A program made the translations under genes and the position numbers. From positions 1 through 19,531 of the forward strand of contig JAZGDW010000233.1 in assembly GCA_036478295.1 (NCBI GenBank): 19,531 nt of DNA. Direction: 5' to 3'. Of this stretch, positions 15,426 to 19,531 are shown piece by piece (position 1 is the stretch's first letter; each line of letters opens with the position of its first letter). This stretch comes from Candidatus Krumholzibacteriia bacterium. GTDB lineage: Bacteria > Krumholzibacteriota > Krumholzibacteriia > WVZY01. Under the pieces are notes generated by a model. The model saw nothing but the letters and a program-made list of their open reading frames with translations, was not told the DNA's origin and made no database searches.

Positions 15426-17260
15426 TGGTCTTCCCTCGCCACCGGTGTCGCAACCGCGGTGGCGGTCGGCCCCGCCGCCTCCACGCTCTCCGGCTCTTTG
15501 AAATATTCCTCGTAGAACTTACGGACAATGGGCCCGGCGACGCTGCCTCCGTGCCCGGCGTTCTCGACTATGATGGCAATGGCGATCTCCGGATCCTCCT
15601 CCGGGGCGTAGCCAATGAACCACGCGTGGTCGTCTCCGTGTGGATTCTGTGCCGTTCCCGTCTTACCGGCCGCTTTCAGTGCCGCGACCCTGCTCGACTT
15701 GGCGGTACCGTCCTGGCTTTGCACCACGTCCCGCATGGCGCGGCGGATTCGATTCTGAATGGGTCCGGTGAGCTTGCGAATTTTGCGGCGCGGGTACACC
15801 CCGTGAAACTCGCCGCCTATCTCACGCACGACGTGCGGTCGTACAAGGTAACCGCCGTTGGCGATCGCTGAAACGGCGCGGCACATCTGTAGCACACTCA
15901 CCAGAAACTCCCCCTGCCCGATGATGTTGTTCAGAACCAGTCCCTGGGTCCACTTGCCCTTGCCATAGCGGCGGTCGTAGTACTTGCGGTCCGGCACCAA
16001 CCCCTGTATTTCGTTGGGCAGGTCGATACCCGTTCGCGTACCCAATCCGAACTCCTCACACGCCGAAGCGAGCATATCGACGTCCATCCTCTCAGCTACC
16101 TTATAGAAGTACGAATCGCATGACTGCACGAGTCCGGAGTGAAGGTCCATGTAGCCGTGGCCCCATGCTTTCCAGCACTTGAAGATCCGGTTACCGAACC
16201 GGTGCGCTCCGGTGCAGTAGACCAGTGCCTCGCCGGGCGGTACCAGCCGATTGCTCAACACCGCGTACATGCTCACAATTTTCAGAGTCGATGCGGGGGG
16301 ATACGTCGCCGTGAGGAACCGGTTGAACAACGGCTTTTCCTCGGCCTGATTCAGCGCGTTCCATTCGGCCTGCTTGATGCCGATTGCAAAACTGTTGGGG
16401 TCGAATCCCGGCAGGCTCACCGCCGCGAGGATCGATCCGTCCTCAACGTTCATCACGACCGCCGCCCCGGAGCCCCGCGCGCGCACAAGGTCCTCGAGCA
16501 ATCGTTGAAGTTTTCCATCGATGGTGAGCGTGACGTCTTTGCCGGGGACGGGCGGCTCGAGCAGTTCGTTGAACTCGCCCAGTTTGGTGCCGGCGGCGTT
16601 CACCGCCACCACGCGCTGTCCGTCCTTTCCCCTGAGGAAACTCTCACAGACGCCTTCGATTCCCGTCTTCCCGACAAGGTCTCCCGAAACGTAGCCTCGG
16701 TGGGAACTCCGCAATAGAAATTCGTCGTTTACCTCGCCGACGTAGCCAAGCAGGTGGGCCGCCACCGCGCCTTCGCGGTAACGACGTCGGGCGTTCGTTT
16801 CCACCCGAAGTTTCGGAAACCGATCGTAGTTTTCACGCACAAAGGAAATCACCAGCTTGTCCGCGTTCCGAACCACTGGAAAGGGAATGCCCGTGTTTCT
16901 CTTCCGCCAGACTTTGAACCGCTCGTAGACATTCGTCGTATCGATCGGGAGAAAATGATTCAGGTGGTCGACGGTCCGGCGGATATCCTCTTCGCCCCTC
17001 CACGGCATCACGATGTCGAATCGCGGCACGTTGTCAACGAGCACGACGCCGTTCCTGTCTTTGATCAACCCCCTTGGCGCGATGATGCGCTCGCGCTGCA
17101 GCTGGTTTTCCTGCGCGTACTGGGCATAGTACTCGTAGCGGATGTGCTGCAGGTAAAGCAGTCGCCCGGCGAGGATCACGAACATGAGGACCACAAAGGA
17201 GAGTAACCACTGGTACTTGATTCTGCCCCGTCTCTCATCTCTAGGGTCGCGCTTTCCCAA
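15422..17260 (-). CDS. mrdA: Penicillin-binding protein 2
   Basis: PRGLIKDRNG, AHLLGYVGE, SxxK (PASTLK), SCD, KTGTAQ, HAWFIGYAP; lies in the mre operon. Confidence 0.96.
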   Translation of the reverse strand: MGKRDPRDERRGRIKYQWLLSFVVLMFVILAGRLLYLQHIRYEYYAQYAQENQLQRERIIAPRGLIKDRNGVVLVDNVPRFDIVMPWRGEEDIRRTVDHLNHFLPIDTTNVYERFKVWRKRNTGIPFPVVRNADKLVISFVRENYDRFPKLRVETNARRRYREGAVAAHLLGYVGEVNDEFLLRSSHRGYVSGDLVGKTGIEGVCESFLRGKDGQRVVAVNAAGTKLGEFNELLEPPVPGKDVTLTIDGKLQRLLEDLVRARGSGAAVVMNVEDGSILAAVSLPGFDPNSFAIGIKQAEWNALNQAEEKPLFNRFLTATYPPASTLKIVSMYAVLSNRLVPPGEALVYCTGAHRFGNRIFKCWKAWGHGYMDLHSGLVQSCDSYFYKVAERMDVDMLASACEEFGLGTRTGIDLPNEIQGLVPDRKYYDRRYGKGKWTQGLVLNNIIGQGEFLVSVLQMCRAVSAIANGGYLVRPHVVREIGGEFHGVYPRRKIRKLTGPIQNRIRRAMRDVVQSQDGTAKSSRVAALKAAGKTGTAQNPHGDDHAWFIGYAPEEDPEIAIAIIVENAGHGGSVAGPIVRKFYEEYFKEPESVEAAGPTATAVATPVAREDQ

Positions 17261-17744
17261 ACGTCCTCACCCCCTTCGTGCCCAGAACGACGGCGATTCT
17301 GTGTACGATTACTCCAACGACCGCGGTATAGATCGAGGAAGGTATCGAAACCGTGAGCAGCAACATGAAGAATTTTCCCGGGTCGAGCCCCGTAAAAATC
17401 AGCAAATAGACGAAATCATGGCCCAGCGCCGTGATGCTGAAGAGCGCCAGCAGGAACAGATCGTTGTCCGGGTCCGCTTTGGCACCGGTGACGCTGACCG
17501 CATATCCGGCCACTGATTTTGTTAGCGCGTTCAAACCCAGAAGCTGTGGGTTGAACAAATCCTGGATCAGGCCGACGACAAAACCGCTGATCGACCCCCG
17601 CACCGGGGTCTGGTGGATGGCAAAATAAGCGACGAGAAGCAGAGGAAAATCCGGCGATATCTCACCCAAGGCGATCCGCGGCGCCACAAGCATCTGCAGC
17701 ATCAGAAACACAAAAGACGCTATCAACACGTTCAACCGCTTCAC
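17241..17744 (-). CDS. mreD: Rod shape-determining protein MreD
   Basis: Hydrophobic 167-aa protein with PDFPLLLV and GFVVGLIQDL, between mreC and mrdA. Confidence 0.92.
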   Translation of the reverse strand: MKRLNVLIASFVFLMLQMLVAPRIALGEISPDFPLLLVAYFAIHQTPVRGSISGFVVGLIQDLFNPQLLGLNALTKSVAGYAVSVTGAKADPDNDLFLLALFSITALGHDFVYLLIFTGLDPGKFFMLLLTVSIPSSIYTAVVGVIVHRIAVVLGTKGVRTFGKARP

Positions 17745-18601
17745 AGTCGGTCTCCGATCGAATTGCGGATGATTGTCGAGTCCTGCCGGTCGTAAAAGAT
17801 CGCTCGATCCCAGGAGATCTCGTCAGTCACCACGAAGACTTCTTCCAGGGAGCGAAAATTGATGTGGCTCTTCGCGCCCACTTTGAGCTGCAACCCGTCG
17901 ATATCCGGCGTCACCTTGGTAACGACCGCGACGGGAAACCCCTTTGGCGCCACGCCACCGAAGCCGCTGGTAATCAGCGTGTCCCCCAACTGGACGTCGT
18001 CCACGACGCTGACGTTATTCAACTCGAAGTAAGAATGATTACGCCACTCGAGAATTCCTATCACGCGGCTGCGCTTGTCAAGGCAGCTGACCGGGTTGTT
18101 GCGGCTATTGATCAACTGCACCCAGGCAGAATTCTCGAACACATTGACAACGCGGCCTACGTAACCCTGGTAGGACAACACCGGCATACGGACCTTGAGG
18201 GAATCGGCACGGCCCTTGTCGACAATCAAGATTGTCTGAAATCGATCGAGGTTTCGGCCAACGACTTCGCAGGGAACAAGCTTGAGGAACTGTTCCTCCT
18301 TGAACGCCGCGAGTCGCCGCAGTCTCTCGCGCTCCGATCGAAACTGTGTGAGCCGCTCCCGCTCGAGCAGCAGGCTCGCGACCATCCGTTTCAGGCGCCG
18401 GTTGTCGGCACGCATTTGACCGAAATCATCAATGAAGTTGGTCACGCGCTCGACGGGGAGGAACATGGCGTTCAACACACCCTGAGCGAATTTTATTTTT
18501 GGATCCTTGGGAAAGAGCAGCAGGGTCAGCGATAGCAGGACGAGGATTATAAGAGTCGTTTTCTCCCGATGCCTTCGTAATACCAGATCGAGAATGGGCA
18601 T
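17741..18601 (-). CDS. mreC: Rod shape-determining protein MreC
   Basis: N-terminal TM, coiled coil, VDKGRADS, GYVGRV, GDTLITSGFGGVAPKGFPVAVV. Confidence 0.95.
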   Translation of the reverse strand: MPILDLVLRRHREKTTLIILVLLSLTLLLFPKDPKIKFAQGVLNAMFLPVERVTNFIDDFGQMRADNRRLKRMVASLLLERERLTQFRSERERLRRLAAFKEEQFLKLVPCEVVGRNLDRFQTILIVDKGRADSLKVRMPVLSYQGYVGRVVNVFENSAWVQLINSRNNPVSCLDKRSRVIGILEWRNHSYFELNNVSVVDDVQLGDTLITSGFGGVAPKGFPVAVVTKVTPDIDGLQLKVGAKSHINFRSLEEVFVVTDEISWDRAIFYDRQDSTIIRNSIGDRL

Positions 18602-18603
18602 GT

Positions 18604-19531
18604 TTAGTCATGGACGCTGTGCATCAGAATCCTGTCGTAGAGGGGCACGTTGTCGAGCACCTTACCGGCCCCCAGTACAACGCACGACAACGGATCGTCG
18701 ACGACATTTATGGGCAGATTGGTTTCTTCCTTGAACAGCGTATCCAGCCCGCGCAACAGCGAACCTCCACCGGTCATCACGATGCCGCGGTCGACGATGT
18801 CGGCGGCCAGTTCGGGAGGTGTTTCCTCCAGGGCCTGCTTCAACGCTTCGACGATCTGTCCGATCGGCTCGCTCAACGCCTCGCGAATCTCTTCGCTGGT
18901 CAGTTTGAGTGTTTTTGGAATGCCCGCCACCAGATCCCGACCCTTGACCTCCATCGACACTTCACGTTCGAGCCGCGCACCGGTCCCGATTTTCATCTTG
19001 ATATTCTCCGCGGTCTGATCGCCGATCAGCATATTATAGGTCTTTTTGACGTACTGCACGATCGCCTCGTCCATCTCGTCACCGGCGATGCGGATGGAGC
19101 AATCGGATACGATGCCGTCGAGCGCGATGACGGCAATCTCCGTCGTGCCGCCTCCGATGTCTATGATCATGTTGCCGGCAGGCTTGTCCACCGGCAGGCC
19201 GACACCGATTGCGGCGGCGATCGGTTCCGAGATGAGGAAAACCTCTCTGGCACCCGCGTGCTCGGCGCTGTCCCTGACCGCGCGTTTCTCGACCTCGGTG
19301 ATACCCGAGGGCACGGCGATAACGATCCGGGGACGAATAAAGAGTTTCTTCTTCTGAGACTTGCGGATGAACTCCCTCAACATCATCTCGGTGATCTCAA
19401 AATCGGCGATAACACCGTCCTTTAGCGGGCGGATGGCGTGGATGTGATCCGGAGTCTTGCCCAGCATGGCCTTGGCGTCCTTGCCGACCGCGTAGATCTT
19501 ACCGTTGGACCGGTCCACGGCGACTACGGAG
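18604..19531 (-). CDS. mreB: Rod shape-determining protein MreB (5' end outside window)
   Basis: Motifs IRPLKDGVIADF, VPSGITEVEKRAV, DIGGGTTE, GIVMTGGGSLL. The frame is open to the window edge. Confidence 0.97.
   Translation of the reverse strand, partial: SVVAVDRSNGKIYAVGKDAKAMLGKTPDHIHAIRPLKDGVIADFEITEMMLREFIRKSQKKKLFIRPRIVIAVPSGITEVEKRAVRDSAEHAGAREVFLISEPIAAAIGVGLPVDKPAGNMIIDIGGGTTEIAVIALDGIVSDCSIRIAGDEMDEAIVQYVKKTYNMLIGDQTAENIKMKIGTGARLEREVSMEVKGRDLVAGIPKTLKLTSEEIREALSEPIGQIVEALKQALEETPPELAADIVDRGIVMTGGGSLLRGLDTLFKEETNLPINVVDDPLSCVVLGAGKVLDNVPLYDRILMHSVHD

Overview
This is a GC-rich bacterial chromosomal segment. Most of it is a minus-strand housekeeping run: mreB(partial)-mreC-mreD-mrdA-rodA-lgt-comF-gap-pgk-tpiA-secG-tRNA-Leu(GAG). 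Further left are a DUF4139-like exported protein and a DUF4446-like membrane protein (minus strand), a rhomboid protease plus a MATE transporter (plus strand), and a partial RND membrane-fusion protein. The one accessory element is a 2728-bp IS1595-family transposon at 10013-12740. It has imperfect 22-bp terminal inverted repeats and an 8-bp CTGGTCAT target duplication, and it splits comF. Besides its transposase it carries three hypothetical ORFs and a structurally intact class II tRNA gene (10824-10909) with a tRNA-Leu-type body but a proline (UGG) anticodon. That tRNA sits in an apparent transcription unit: promoter, putative winged-helix ORF, tRNA, then hairpins. Facing it is a candidate antisense promoter overlapped by a perfect 22-bp palindrome. 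This candidate mobile mistranslating-tRNA module is the main finding. All calls were made by eye; no searches were run.
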